Of a stretch of 64,000 nt of DNA, positions 54,266 through 64,000 are shown piece after piece (position 1 is the first letter of the stretch; each line of letters opens with the position of its first letter). This DNA comes from Bacteroidaceae bacterium. GTDB lineage: Bacteria; Bacteroidota; Bacteroidia; Bacteroidales; Bacteroidaceae. The translations under genes and the position numbers were made by a program. The stretch is from the NCBI GenBank assembly GCA_017479555.1, contig JAFVCB010000045.1:14358-78357 (forward strand). Reading direction: 5' to 3'. Under the pieces are notes generated by a model, which ran no database searches, was not told the DNA's origin, and saw only the letters and a program-made list of their open reading frames with translations.

Positions 54266-54296
54266 TTTGCGGTATAACCTTTTATGGTTATTTTTG
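54266..54296 (+). promoter_or_regulatory. Promoter of the toxin-antitoxin-like operon with an internal palindromic operator
   Basis: TTTG 54266-54269, TATTTTTG 54289-54296; ATAACC-N6-GGTTAT at 54274-54291. Confidence 0.6.
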
Positions 54297-54315
54297 CGAT
54301 ACAAAATGCTACTAA

Positions 54316-54794
54316 ATGGAACGCGATTTGTTCATTGAACTATAGGAAGATGGTGAAAATGTGAGCCTCTATTCCCCGCACTTTGAGGGGGAAGTGTATT
54401 CTGAATTTGAGAAGTTTCTTCTCAACATAAAGACACGTACCCCGATGATGTCAAACAACTTGTCTATCGCATAGATATCATCAAGCGCGACGGGGCAGCC
54501 GACCGCCATTTCCGATATGAAGGGACACGCCGCGACCGCGTAATGGCACTGCCATCTCATCTCGAAACAACTTCATTGAGACTCTATCTGCTGAACATTC
54601 GGTCAAAAGTCTTGATACTTGGAAACGGCGGACTGAAAAATACGGCTACATATCAAGAGGACGAACACCTGCATAAATGCGTGCAGACGCTCCAAAAGAT
54701 AGATATACAAATTAAGCTACGTGAGCGCCATCGCTTGCTGGTTGTTACAGGTACGCAGCTGCTTGGAGAACTTACTTTTACCATTGATGAATAA
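54316..54794 (+). pseudogene. Disrupted RelE/HigB-like toxin gene
   Basis: ATG 54316 MERDLFIEL, in-frame TAG 54343-54345, then EDGENVSLYS...EFEKFLL; frame change near 54421-54423 into HKDTYPDDVKQLVYRIDIIKRDGAADRHFRYEG...LRLYLL...ILGNGGLK. Confidence 0.7.
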
Positions 54795-54810
54795 ATGAAA
54801 GGAGGCCTAT

Positions 54811-55101
54811 ATGAGGACTAACAAGATTATGGATGAAATCCGCGACACCATTTCTCCAGAGATGAAGATGCAGATGGAGCTTTCCGTGGCCATTGCCAAC
54901 TACATTTATGATATTCTGGACGAACGCGGTATGTCTCAGAAAGACTTTGCCCGTCTGATGGGCAAGAGCGAGAACGAAGTGAGTCGTTGGCTTTCAGGGA
55001 CGCACAATCTCACTATGGCAACGCTCTGCAAAATAGGCGCGGCGCTTGGTCAGCCCATCGTCAGCGTGCCAAAACGCCAAAGGGCAGTGGAAAGGGCATA
55101 A
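54811..55101 (+). CDS. XRE-family HTH protein (HigA-like antitoxin)
   Basis: GMSQKDFARLMGKSENEVSRWLSGTHNLT; 16 bp downstream of the toxin-like frame. Confidence 0.85.
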   Translation: MRTNKIMDEIRDTISPEMKMQMELSVAIANYIYDILDERGMSQKDFARLMGKSENEVSRWLSGTHNLTMATLCKIGAALGQPIVSVPKRQRAVERA

Positions 55102-55205
55102 ATATAGCGTTTTATACCTCTTGCATCCCTCAAATGAGTAAGCCTCGTTTGGGGGCTTGTTAAACTTCCTATGCGTCTTATTTGTGCACACATAGGCATA
55201 GCAAA

Positions 55206-55247
55206 GGGTGGCTTGCATACGTTTCGTTTGTCGTATACAAGCCACCC
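55206..55247. terminator. Hairpin between the convergent HTH and sialidase genes
   Basis: gggtggcttgcatacg / cgtatacaagccaccc, 15 of 16 paired. Confidence 0.7.
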
Positions 55248-55330
55248 GCTATGAGGTGGTGAGGCGCACTCGCGCTTGGTGTGAAGCGGCCAGCTTTGGT
55301 GTAGACCGGAGCGGCCTGCCTGTGGGTGGG

Positions 55331-56539
55331 TTACTGTACGCTATACTTACCTTGCGTGATGGTTTCCAGCGTCAGAGGGAGGTAGACCATCTGGTAGTAG
55401 CTTGGCTCTTCTTCATAGAAGAATCCGATGCGTTTGTCGTGCTGCAAAGTCATGGTGCTATAGGCCGAACCCGTGTGACTCACTTGGTAACTGCCAGGCC
55501 AGTTTTCGGCAAAGTGTTGCGGTGTGTCGTAGTCGGCAGGTGTACGCAGTTCTTTCCAGTAGATGGTGACGTTGCTGCGGTTTGGCCCAGCGGGTATGCT
55601 TTGTAGCACGAGTATGGTGGGACGGTTGGTGGCGCACTCGCGCACGTGGAGAAGTAGAATCTCGCCGTCTGTGGCGCGGCCTTGGTTCTTGATGCCACCT
55701 GCTACTTCGTCGGTGGCTACGGGTGTGGCCCATTGGCCTGCGCCAGTGCGCGTGTCGCTGTAGCTGAAGATGTTGAAGTATCGTCCGTGGTCTTTGCGGC
55801 TACTTAGGAGTACTGATCCGTCTGGTAGTTCCTCGCATTTGGGTTCGTCGCCTCGCGGTGCGGGACTCTGAGTGGGCGAGCCTAAGAGTTGCCAAGTGCG
55901 TCCGAAGTCGTCGCTGTAGATGACGAAATTGCCCCCGTGGGTACAGAGCGCGCCATACACACGATAGTAGTCGCCTACCTTCACTTTGCGGCTCTGACAG
56001 ATACGCCCGCTACCCATGAATAGGCCATTGATGCGATTTTGCAGGAGACCTTCGAACACCATGCTGGTTAGGTCTATGGGTTCTTGACACCACTGCCACC
56101 GTCCTGTGCGGGCATCACGTGTGGCATGTGTGCTGACGATGCGTTGGGTGTGGCCTATCTTACTGCTCCAATAGGGTACGTCGCCTGCGCAGCATACGAG
56201 CAGTAGTTCGTCGCGTTCGCTGTCGGCCACTAAGCATGCGTCGCCATAACCGCAGTCGTTGCCTGGATTACCTGTTCCTGCGAGTACGGTAGTGGGATAC
56301 GACCATGTGGCACCGTTGTCGCGCGAGGTGCGCATGAGTATGTCCACACGTCCGTAGCCGATATCGTTGCCGCAGGGACGTATGTCGGACAAGGCGATGA
56401 GGTCGCCGTTCTTAGCGGTGGCTATGGCGGGTATGCGATAGGGATAGCCCGTGTAGTCGCCCGTGTGGAAGAGCACGGTCTGGGCGGTGCTTGCCATGGT
56501 CAGTGTAGCGATGGCAAGGAGTGATGCTAAGCGTTTCAA
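55331..56539 (-). CDS. Sialidase (GH33)
   Basis: YRIP motif; Asp-boxes SRDNGATW and SDDFGRTW; DEPK..ELPDG; SAYS..YEE; TTG start with signal peptide. Confidence 0.9.
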   Translation of the reverse strand: MKRLASLLAIATLTMASTAQTVLFHTGDYTGYPYRIPAIATAKNGDLIALSDIRPCGNDIGYGRVDILMRTSRDNGATWSYPTTVLAGTGNPGNDCGYGDACLVADSERDELLLVCCAGDVPYWSSKIGHTQRIVSTHATRDARTGRWQWCQEPIDLTSMVFEGLLQNRINGLFMGSGRICQSRKVKVGDYYRVYGALCTHGGNFVIYSDDFGRTWQLLGSPTQSPAPRGDEPKCEELPDGSVLLSSRKDHGRYFNIFSYSDTRTGAGQWATPVATDEVAGGIKNQGRATDGEILLLHVRECATNRPTILVLQSIPAGPNRSNVTIYWKELRTPADYDTPQHFAENWPGSYQVSHTGSAYSTMTLQHDKRIGFFYEEEPSYYQMVYLPLTLETITQGKYSVQ

Positions 56540-56842
56540 GGGTATTTAGTTTTTTAGTCAGCGTTTCACGTCCTTGGTCGCCAATGGGGTGGAGCTTAGA
56601 CGTGAGAGACGCTGCGCGGTTAGTATGAATCGAAAACAGAGTGGTAGTTGCACCTCAATAGGGATGGTATCGGTCTGGCCTATGAGAGAGCTATTGCGGT
56701 ATGCCTGCGCGTGCCGTTTCGTCAGTCTCGCACACAGGCAGTTCGCATTTGTAGCGCAAATATACGAAGAAAAGTCTGTATATAGTCCATCCTTGCTGTT
56801 GAAGCATTGTGATGCCCCGTTCGATACGCTTGCGGAGGAGGA

Positions 56843-59800
56843 CTACATGGCGACTTTTTGTCCGTTGCGAATGTAAACGCCTCCCTGAGCGGGGCGTTCG
56901 ACCCTGCGACCTTGAAGGTCGTAGAGTGCAGCAGAGGAGGTCGTTATCAATGGGGGACGAATGGCTGTAAGTACATCGCTGCGCTCAAACTGCCAGAAAG
57001 CGGCTCCCCAGTCGCGCGGACGTAAGATTTGTGTGCCCGAACCGTTACTGTACCAGCTGTATACGGACGAGGGTTCGAGGATGGTTACCCCACTGGCTTC
57101 GGCGGTGGCTCCACGGCGCAGCGTCCAGCGCGTGGCCTTTGTGCCAAGATGGAGTTCGGCAGCCGAGGTGATGCTGGCAGGAACGACGTAGAGCGAGAGG
57201 TCTTGCTTGGGATGGATGCTCACCGTGCCGTCGGCATGACGAAAGACAGCCCACAGTGCTGTAGTGGCATTGCGTGAACCCGCACTAACCTTTTGGGTGG
57301 AGAGATTGGCCACGGCATAGCCACCGTGCCATACGTTCTTGATGTAGTAGAAGTATCGTTCGTCGATTTCCTCGCTATAGCTCTTCAGGGGTATAGCGAG
57401 AAAAGCGTTGTAGGCTTCTACCAAAGCATTGTAGGTCGTTTCGCTGACATAGCCTGTGGCGAGGGCTTGCTGAGCGGGTGTATACACTTCGTTGCGCAAG
57501 AGGGCAAGGGCTTCATCGGTGGGTTGGCCATCTTCGCCAGCATCCTGAGCAAGCCATTTAGATGCTCTGCGCACCAAGCCCTCGGTTTCAGCGGTGAAGT
57601 CGGTCACTTCTTCGAGATACCAAGTGCCAGGATAGCATACTGACAGAGAACTCTCCGTACCAATATTGCCCGAGGGCTGCGCATAGAGGCCATAGCTACC
57701 TGTCTTGATGGTGACTGCACCGTGTACATAGGTATAGGCCGTACCATTGCCGCCCGTACTCGACTTGGTGCTGCGGGCTATCTTCACCACGCTTCCCATA
57801 CCATCGATGACTGTTGCGCCTGCCGCACTGATTTGTATGCCGCGAGTGCCTACGACGGTGCAGAGGTGCAGATTGCCGTCTGCATCTTGTTCAAATCGGA
57901 AGAGCTCTTCGGGTTCAATCTGCTGGGTGTAGTGGAAACGTAGTCCATTGCCAGACAGATAGGCCGACGACCCGATGTATTTGGTCTTGTAGTAGGTGGC
58001 TGCAGAGAGTATGCGATAGACTCTACCAGGTTCGGGCATCGTCAGTGCAGCATTCTTGAACGTGTTGAGCTGTGTGGTAGACACCTTACCTTCGTCTACC
58101 GCCTGACGCAGTGCGTCGTAGGCTTCAACGGAGGGATAGCCCGCCTTACCTGGATGTCCCTCGGAGAGATACTGCTGAGCTGCCGCCAAGTTGCGTTGAG
58201 CTACCGTGGTGCGTGGCGCTTCAATATAGTGCTTAGCAAAGGTGAGGCCTAAACGTTCGAGCAGTGGAGCGTGGTACTGCAAACGTGCGCGAAATTGGTC
58301 GAAGTTGCGATGTTCCTGTGCCGTCCATCCCACCTCGCTCAGTGCCAATGCGCGCGGGAAGATTTGGTATTCCAACTCATCGTTGTCGGCTATGGCTTCT
58401 GCCCACAGGTTAGCCTGAGTACCAAGCACCATATCTGAATAAGCCCCCGCGCTGGACGTGGGGTTGAGGTTGTACACACTCTCCACCGTGTTCACACTGT
58501 TGTCACCATATCCGCCTTGATAGACCTCACAGAGGTCGGCCTGCGACGTAGTGCATTGCATCTGATCCCAGTAGTTGGGGTAGATAGGCGTGGCAATGCT
58601 TCGGAAACCGAGCTGGCCTGCCGTTTGTGTGTAACCCAAGCTGCGCCATGCCATCACGATAGGTTTGAACTGATAGCGCGAATCCCAGTTCTCGGCCAAT
58701 TCGTCCCATACGACCACGTCCTTGTTGTACGTCGCTTTGAGCCAAGTACCCAGTTCGTTGACCAACCAAGGTTGCACTTGATTGACATTAGTGAGTTGGT
58801 TGTCACTCATAAACTGCGTGAAGAGCGCATCTCCCTTGTTGACCAGTGCTTGCCAATCTGACGTGGGACATTCATCGCCCCCGATGTGGATATAATCAGA
58901 AGGGAATATCTCGGCCATATAGCCCAATACGGTTTTCAAGAAACTGATGACCTCGGGCTTAGCCACGTTGAGCGGTGTGGTGGATATGCCCTCGTCTATG
59001 CGCACCTCGTAGGCACGCGTCTCGTCGCACGAGAATGAGGGGTAGGCCGTGATGGCAGCCACCATGTGGCCTGGTAGGTCTATTTCTGGATAGCAAACGA
59101 TGCCGCGCTTGAGGGCATAGTCTACGATTTCTCGTAAGTCGTCGAGCGTAAAGAAACAGCCCTCACCATAGGGTGTGTCGTCAAAGAAATGTGGGTCAGT
59201 ACCCTTGTTGGTGAGCGAGCCAGCGCGTATAGCCCCTTTGGTGGTGAGAAGGGGATACTCGGGTATCTCTATGCGCCATCCTTGGTCGTCGCTCAGGTGC
59301 ATGTGTAGACGGCTCATCTTGTAGAGTGCCATCGCATCAATAATCTTCAGCACTTCAGCTTTCGGAAACCAGTGGCGCGAGAAGTCGAGCATAAGACCGC
59401 GATGCTCAAAGCGCGGAGCGTCGGTGATGGATAGGCAGGGAAGTCCCGCACTTTGGCTCACATCGGCGAGCAAGGCCACTTGGCGCAAGGTCTGAAGGGC
59501 ATAGATAAATCCGAGCTGCGTGCTTGCGGAGACGAGAATACCCTGCTCGGCATGGATTTGAAGCCGATAGGCCGCGGGTTGCAAAGAAGCGTCGTGTACA
59601 AAGTGTAGCGTACCCATCGTGGCTTGCACCGTGTCGGTCTGCACTACGGTCTGCACATCAGCCAATACCTGTTGTAGATTGATGCGGAGCGTATCGCCTA
59701 ATAGTTTGACCTCCTGCGGAAAAGGAATGAGCGGCAATTTGACTTGCGCCTCGTTGTAGGCTTCTAACTCTGCGTAGTCTGTTTCAGAAACAAAAGATAC

Positions 59801-60259
59801 AGCATTGCCCGTATCGTCTGTGTCCCAAAGCCCTATGTTGTTGCCTAGAGCCGAACCGCCGAACTGATTCATCGCGATGGCAGACTGTCCTGCGGGGCGT
59901 ATCTCGAAGCCCGTGGCTACGGCGACGATACTAAATGCAGATGTACCCGTTGGGGCAGAGGCGGCATAGATTTTTCCGTCTTTCGATACGGTATTGGCAT
60001 ACAGCGTGAGACCCGCCCGAGAAATGATGGTGTAGGTGTTGTCTGATTGGCGTAGAAACTTGAACCACTGTGTATCAGTGTTGGCATCCCTCTGCGTGCG
60101 ACAGATGCCCGTGCCATTGGTGGTTAGTATGCCGCCAGACGATACAAAACGAATTTGATACCACGACTCGTTTCCCTCGGTAGAGGGTGTCGGTAGTGCG
60201 TCTGCCCGTGCCATAAGTCCTAAGAGCAGACCGCAAAGAATGAGAGTAAGTTTTTTCAT
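56843..60259 (-). CDS. Multi-modular beta-N-acetylhexosaminidase (GH20) with T9SS-type C-terminus
   Basis: DAPRFEHRGLMLDFSRH, HLSDDQGWR, PEIDLPGH, HIGGDE, NLWAE, FPR; accessory modules; YDLQGR..GVYIRNGQK tail. Confidence 0.93.
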   Translation of the reverse strand: MKKLTLILCGLLLGLMARADALPTPSTEGNESWYQIRFVSSGGILTTNGTGICRTQRDANTDTQWFKFLRQSDNTYTIISRAGLTLYANTVSKDGKIYAASAPTGTSAFSIVAVATGFEIRPAGQSAIAMNQFGGSALGNNIGLWDTDDTGNAVSFVSETDYAELEAYNEAQVKLPLIPFPQEVKLLGDTLRINLQQVLADVQTVVQTDTVQATMGTLHFVHDASLQPAAYRLQIHAEQGILVSASTQLGFIYALQTLRQVALLADVSQSAGLPCLSITDAPRFEHRGLMLDFSRHWFPKAEVLKIIDAMALYKMSRLHMHLSDDQGWRIEIPEYPLLTTKGAIRAGSLTNKGTDPHFFDDTPYGEGCFFTLDDLREIVDYALKRGIVCYPEIDLPGHMVAAITAYPSFSCDETRAYEVRIDEGISTTPLNVAKPEVISFLKTVLGYMAEIFPSDYIHIGGDECPTSDWQALVNKGDALFTQFMSDNQLTNVNQVQPWLVNELGTWLKATYNKDVVVWDELAENWDSRYQFKPIVMAWRSLGYTQTAGQLGFRSIATPIYPNYWDQMQCTTSQADLCEVYQGGYGDNSVNTVESVYNLNPTSSAGAYSDMVLGTQANLWAEAIADNDELEYQIFPRALALSEVGWTAQEHRNFDQFRARLQYHAPLLERLGLTFAKHYIEAPRTTVAQRNLAAAQQYLSEGHPGKAGYPSVEAYDALRQAVDEGKVSTTQLNTFKNAALTMPEPGRVYRILSAATYYKTKYIGSSAYLSGNGLRFHYTQQIEPEELFRFEQDADGNLHLCTVVGTRGIQISAAGATVIDGMGSVVKIARSTKSSTGGNGTAYTYVHGAVTIKTGSYGLYAQPSGNIGTESSLSVCYPGTWYLEEVTDFTAETEGLVRRASKWLAQDAGEDGQPTDEALALLRNEVYTPAQQALATGYVSETTYNALVEAYNAFLAIPLKSYSEEIDERYFYYIKNVWHGGYAVANLSTQKVSAGSRNATTALWAVFRHADGTVSIHPKQDLSLYVVPASITSAAELHLGTKATRWTLRRGATAEASGVTILEPSSVYSWYSNGSGTQILRPRDWGAAFWQFERSDVLTAIRPPLITTSSAALYDLQGRRVERPAQGGVYIRNGQKVAM

Positions 60260-60433
60260 AATAGTTCTGTCTGTAAATAAAAGGAAATCTGCTTTATATC
60301 GATGATTATTTATGTAACTATAATCTCTTCCTGTTTTGATACATCAACTCTTTAGCCCACAAAATAAGTAAACGTCTATGGATATCGTGCGTGGACAAAC
60401 TCTTCTAAGATACAACAAGGTAGGAGCAGAAGA

Positions 60434-60985
60434 TTATTGTCCGAAATAAGCCTTGGGATTCAGCTTGTCCAAGTAGGGCAGAGCATCGGTTAGTGTGCGA
60501 TGCTTACTTTCAAAATATTGCAGCAAAACAGGGTCGTCTTGAAGTTTGTCTTCAGACACGGCCAGTTGAGTTTGCTCGGCATATTCCACCGCTAATTGCA
60601 GGCTTTGCACCATGGCATTGTAGGCCACGAGATAACGATAGTGGCGGCTCATTTCGTCCCATGCTTTCTGGATAGCTGCGGTGTTGAGCGCAGCACTCTT
60701 GCGCACATAGGCTAACTTGCCTAAATAGGCACATGCCCAATATGCCCCTTCGTCACCCAAGAGGAACAAAGGCATTGCTGCCATCTTCGTGACCTGAAGC
60801 ATGGTGTCAATAGACGATGCGTAGAGGGTGGCCTCGCCTTCAGCACGTACCTCAATGAGCTGAGGTATACGTCTGGCCTGTAGTTCTTCGATATACTTCA
60901 AAGAGTCAAGTTCAAAAGGAGACTGTGCCCATGCGGTGAGGGACAACGAAAGTAGTACAAAAAGTAAAGTAGATATGCGTTTCAT
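60434..60985 (-). CDS. Hypothetical exported protein (possible SH3-like segment)
   Basis: Signal peptide ending AWA-Q; LLGDEGAYWACAYLGKLAYVRKS resembles an SH3-type hairpin; TACTTTTG box on minus at 61033-61040. Confidence 0.6.
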   Translation of the reverse strand: MKRISTLLFVLLSLSLTAWAQSPFELDSLKYIEELQARRIPQLIEVRAEGEATLYASSIDTMLQVTKMAAMPLFLLGDEGAYWACAYLGKLAYVRKSAALNTAAIQKAWDEMSRHYRYLVAYNAMVQSLQLAVEYAEQTQLAVSEDKLQDDPVLLQYFESKHRTLTDALPYLDKLNPKAYFGQ

Positions 60986-61112
60986 GACTGAGTATGAGGC
61001 TGAATAGAGGTTTTCAAATGGTGTTTGCGAAGCAAAAGTAAGTATTATTATTGAAATTGGCGTATTTTTGCGCCGCTTAAACCCATAGGCTGAAAATCTC
61101 TATAAGCAGAAT

Positions 61113-62909
61113 ATGCAGAATATACGTAACATCGCGATAATCGCACACGTAGACCACGGAAAGACAACCTTGGTAGACAAGATGCTGTTGGCTGGTGGTC
61201 TGTTTAGACAAAACCAACAAGCAGGCGAACTGATACTTGACAACAACGAATTGGAACGAGAGCGTGGTATTACGATTCTCTCCAAGAATGTTTCTATTCG
61301 CTATCGCGATGTGAAGATAAATATTATAGACACTCCTGGACACAGCGACTTTGGTGGTGAGGTGGAGCGAGTGTTGGGCATGGCCGATGGTTGCCTATTG
61401 CTCGTAGATGCTTTTGAAGGCCCCATGCCGCAAACCCGTTTTGTCCTGCAAAAGGCCTTGCAGTTAGGTTTGAAACCCATCGTGGTGGTCAACAAGGTGG
61501 ACAAGCCCAATTGTCGTCCAGAGGAGGTTTATGAAATGGTGTTCGACTTGATGTTTGAACTCGGTGCCACGGAAGAGCAACTTGACTTCCCCGTGGTGTA
61601 TGGCTCGGCCAAACAGGGATGGATGGGCGAAGATTGGAAGAAGCCTACGCAGGACATCACCTATCTCATGGACAAAATTGTCGATGTGATTCCTGCGCCC
61701 GCCCGCCGTGAGGGTACGCCGCAATTGCTTATTACGGCTCTTGATTACAGCAACTATACTGGGCGCATAGCAATAGGCCGAGTCCATCGTGGCACGCTCA
61801 TCAATAATCAGACCATCACCATTGCGCATCGCGATGGCACGATGGAGAAGACAAAGATTAAAGATATACAAACCTTTGAGGGAATGGGACGCGCCACTGC
61901 CGAGCAGGTAGAGAGCGGAGATATCTGTGCCGTCATAGGTTTGGAACACTTCGAAATAGGCGATACCATTTGCGATAGCGAGACGCCCGAACCGCTGCCT
62001 CCGATAGCCATAGATGAGCCCACCATGTCGATGCTCTTCACAATCAATGATTCACCTTTCTTTGGTTCAGAAGGCAAGTTCTGTACCTCACGACATATCG
62101 GTGAACGTTTAGAGAAAGAGTTAGAAAAAGACTTGGCACTGCGTGTGCAACCCCGAGGTACTGACTCGTGGATAGTATCGGGTAGGGGAGTGCTTCATCT
62201 GTCCATACTCATAGAGACCATGCGTCGTGAAGGATATGAGCTGCAAGTAGGTCAGCCCCAAGTTATTTTCAAAGAGATAGACGGTGTGCGTCACGAACCC
62301 ATAGAGGAACTAACCATCAATGTCCCCGAGGAGTTCGCCAGTCGTATGATAGATATGGTGACGCGTCGTAAAGGAGATATGACACAGATGCAGACCTTAG
62401 GCGGCAGGGTAGATATCGCTTTTGATATTCCCTCGCGCGGTATCATCGGGCTGCGTACCAATGTACTCACTGCTTCTCAGGGCGAAGCTATCATGGCACA
62501 TCGGTTCAAAGAATATCAGCCCTATCGTGGTGAACTCACGCGTCGTACCAATGGTTCGATGATTTCTATGGAAAGTGGTACAGCGGTGGCCTACAGTATT
62601 GACCATTTACAGGATCGCGGACGTTTCTTTATCTCACCTCAGACCGAGGTCTATGCTGGACAGGTTGTGGGTGAACATGTACACGAAAAAGATTTGGTCG
62701 TGAATGTGACGCGCACCAAGCAACTTACCAATGTTCGTGCCAGTGGTACAGACGAGAAAGCGCGCATCATACCACCTGTTCTCTTCTCGTTAGAAGAGAT
62801 GTTGGAGTATATCAAGGAGGATGAATACGTAGAAGTCACTCCCAAAAATCTGCGTATGCGCAAAATTATTCTTGACCACTTGGCACGCAAACGTGCTGGC
62901 AAGGAGTAG
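61113..62909 (+). CDS. typA: Translational GTPase TypA/BipA
   Basis: [45 protein letters not shown]. Confidence 0.97.
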   Translation: MQNIRNIAIIAHVDHGKTTLVDKMLLAGGLFRQNQQAGELILDNNELERERGITILSKNVSIRYRDVKINIIDTPGHSDFGGEVERVLGMADGCLLLVDAFEGPMPQTRFVLQKALQLGLKPIVVVNKVDKPNCRPEEVYEMVFDLMFELGATEEQLDFPVVYGSAKQGWMGEDWKKPTQDITYLMDKIVDVIPAPARREGTPQLLITALDYSNYTGRIAIGRVHRGTLINNQTITIAHRDGTMEKTKIKDIQTFEGMGRATAEQVESGDICAVIGLEHFEIGDTICDSETPEPLPPIAIDEPTMSMLFTINDSPFFGSEGKFCTSRHIGERLEKELEKDLALRVQPRGTDSWIVSGRGVLHLSILIETMRREGYELQVGQPQVIFKEIDGVRHEPIEELTINVPEEFASRMIDMVTRRKGDMTQMQTLGGRVDIAFDIPSRGIIGLRTNVLTASQGEAIMAHRFKEYQPYRGELTRRTNGSMISMESGTAVAYSIDHLQDRGRFFISPQTEVYAGQVVGEHVHEKDLVVNVTRTKQLTNVRASGTDEKARIIPPVLFSLEEMLEYIKEDEYVEVTPKNLRMRKIILDHLARKRAGKE

Positions 62910-63023
62910 ACCGTTTTTTTGCAGTCCTATCTATTCCGTTTATATAATACTCAGGTTGTTCCGTGAGATGCTTAGCTCACAAAGTGTGGGCGAAGCGTTG
63001 GAGTTTATGCATTGTAGTCCAGA

Positions 63024-63521
63024 ATGAAAAAGCCTATCAGTGTAGATGAAGCCTTTGCGCGTGTCGCAGCTCGATGCGCTCGTCAGGAATGTTGTAGATG
63101 GGACATTGGGAATGCCTTGCAGAGATGGGGATTACCATCAAGTGATATCGAAAAGACCTTGATGCGTTTAGAGGCTGAAGGCTATATCGATGAACAGCGC
63201 TATGCCAAGGCTTTTGTTCACGACAAATCCCATTATGATCGATGGGGACCACGAAAAATTCAGGCTGCATTGCAAGCCAAACGGATTGCAAACCATGACA
63301 TCTCTACAGCTATCAATGCCTTGCCGCAGTCGCTTTTCCGTAAAAATCTCTCAGACCTATTGGCCACCAAAGCGCGGATGATAGGCGTTGAAACTCAAAC
63401 AGAGTTAAGCGAAGAAGAAACACTGTTGCTTCGACGCAAAACGCGTGAACGCTTGTTGCGCTTTGCCCTTAGTCGTGGATACGATATGGGTATGGCTTTG
63501 GCACTCATAGACGAATGTTGA
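63024..63521 (+). CDS. recX: Regulatory protein RecX
   Basis: CARQE.C, GYIDEQRYAKAFVHDK, WGPRKI, LLRFALSRGY. Confidence 0.88.
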   Translation: MKKPISVDEAFARVAARCARQECCRWDIGNALQRWGLPSSDIEKTLMRLEAEGYIDEQRYAKAFVHDKSHYDRWGPRKIQAALQAKRIANHDISTAINALPQSLFRKNLSDLLATKARMIGVETQTELSEEETLLLRRKTRERLLRFALSRGYDMGMALALIDEC

Positions 63522-63586
63522 CACGCCGCCCAGTGTCACCTACTTAACTTTACAGAAATACGCTTTTTGGCACAAACACAAAGAAA

Positions 63587-63686
63587 GAGGGTGTGCTATT
63601 TTGACACACCCTCATAACAAAGTCTTGGCTTGAGAAAGTCGGGGCTTTGCGTAAAAAAGAGGATGTGCCTATTTTGAAACAACCTC
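63587..63686. repeat. Pair of REP-like hairpins flanking a terminator-like stem
   Basis: gagggtgtg-ctattttga-cacaccctc (63587-63613) and gaggatgtgcctattttgaaacaacctc (63659-63686); aaagtcttggctt/aagtcggggcttt between them. Confidence 0.7.
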
Positions 63687-63695
63687 TCCAAGCGG

Positions 63696-63759
63696 TTTTA
63701 GGTTTCCATTTGACTATTAGAGCTTCACGACACTTTTTTAGGTCTCCATTTGACTATTA
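63696..63759. repeat. 24-bp direct repeat, 40-bp spacing
   Basis: ttttaggtttccatttgactatta (63696-63719) and ttttaggtctccatttgactatta (63736-63759). Confidence 0.9.
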
Positions 63760-63784
63760 AGCCAGTTTTTTAGCGTTCTGCCGC

Positions 63785-64000
63785 CCTGACTTCGTCATTG
63801 CGCCTCCCAAAATTCTTCTTCAAACATTTTTGCTATGGGCTTGTGCCGTTTCATGGGTATTGTCTTGATAAAGTGTTTCTTATTGTTGGGCATATAGATG
63901 CTGATGGTGGTTAGAGTCTTTGCCATGTTCAGAATTTTGTCCACACTTAATTTGATGTCAGAGAGTTTGAGCAGCCGTTCTAGTTCCTTGTATACCTTCA
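63785..64000 (-). mobile_element. 3' end of an IS1634-like insertion sequence (transposase C-terminus 63795..>64000)
   Basis: Minus frame not in the ORF track: KVYKELERLLKLSDIKLSVDKILNMAKTLTTISIYMPNNKKHFIKTIPMKRHKPIAKMFEEEFWEAQ*; stop at 63795-63797 lies within a putative terminal IR starting cctgacttcgtca. Family assignment is from recalled similarity. Confidence 0.7.

Overview
Core-chromosome window of a Bacteroidales bacterium, probably Prevotellaceae. That assignment is an inference from TAnnTTTG promoters, PorX, Prevotella-type 'YDLQGR...G..I.NGKK' C-termini and gene content. Housekeeping genes (mutL, uvrA, cysK, porX, cmk, ispH, coaD, parE, cls, nadB, rnr, prmC, ribD, dacB, typA, recX) are interleaved with a dispersed set of host-glycan/mucin enzymes with no SusC/D in the window: GH89, an M60-like glycopeptidase, GH2, GH33, GH20 and a stand-alone GH95 N-terminal-like domain. 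The least explained signals are intergenic. (i) An ORF-less promoter-to-terminator unit at about 35081-35166 is a candidate sRNA whose core is antisense to AUGAAAAAACUU start regions, with a 12-nt exact match to the GH20 start. (ii) Two composite 21-bp-periodic arrays at about 35.2-35.5 kb and 53.9-54.2 kb share a 91-bp palindromic module. (iii) Two 22-bp-periodic CATC-N2-GATG arrays lie between convergent genes. (iv) A tandem 85-bp structured element with compensatory changes sits directly upstream of porX. Also present are a doubly disrupted toxin-like gene beside an intact XRE antitoxin-like gene, several probable pseudo-enzymes, and the 3' end of an IS1634-like transposase at the right edge. 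All calls come from manual reading; no searches were run.
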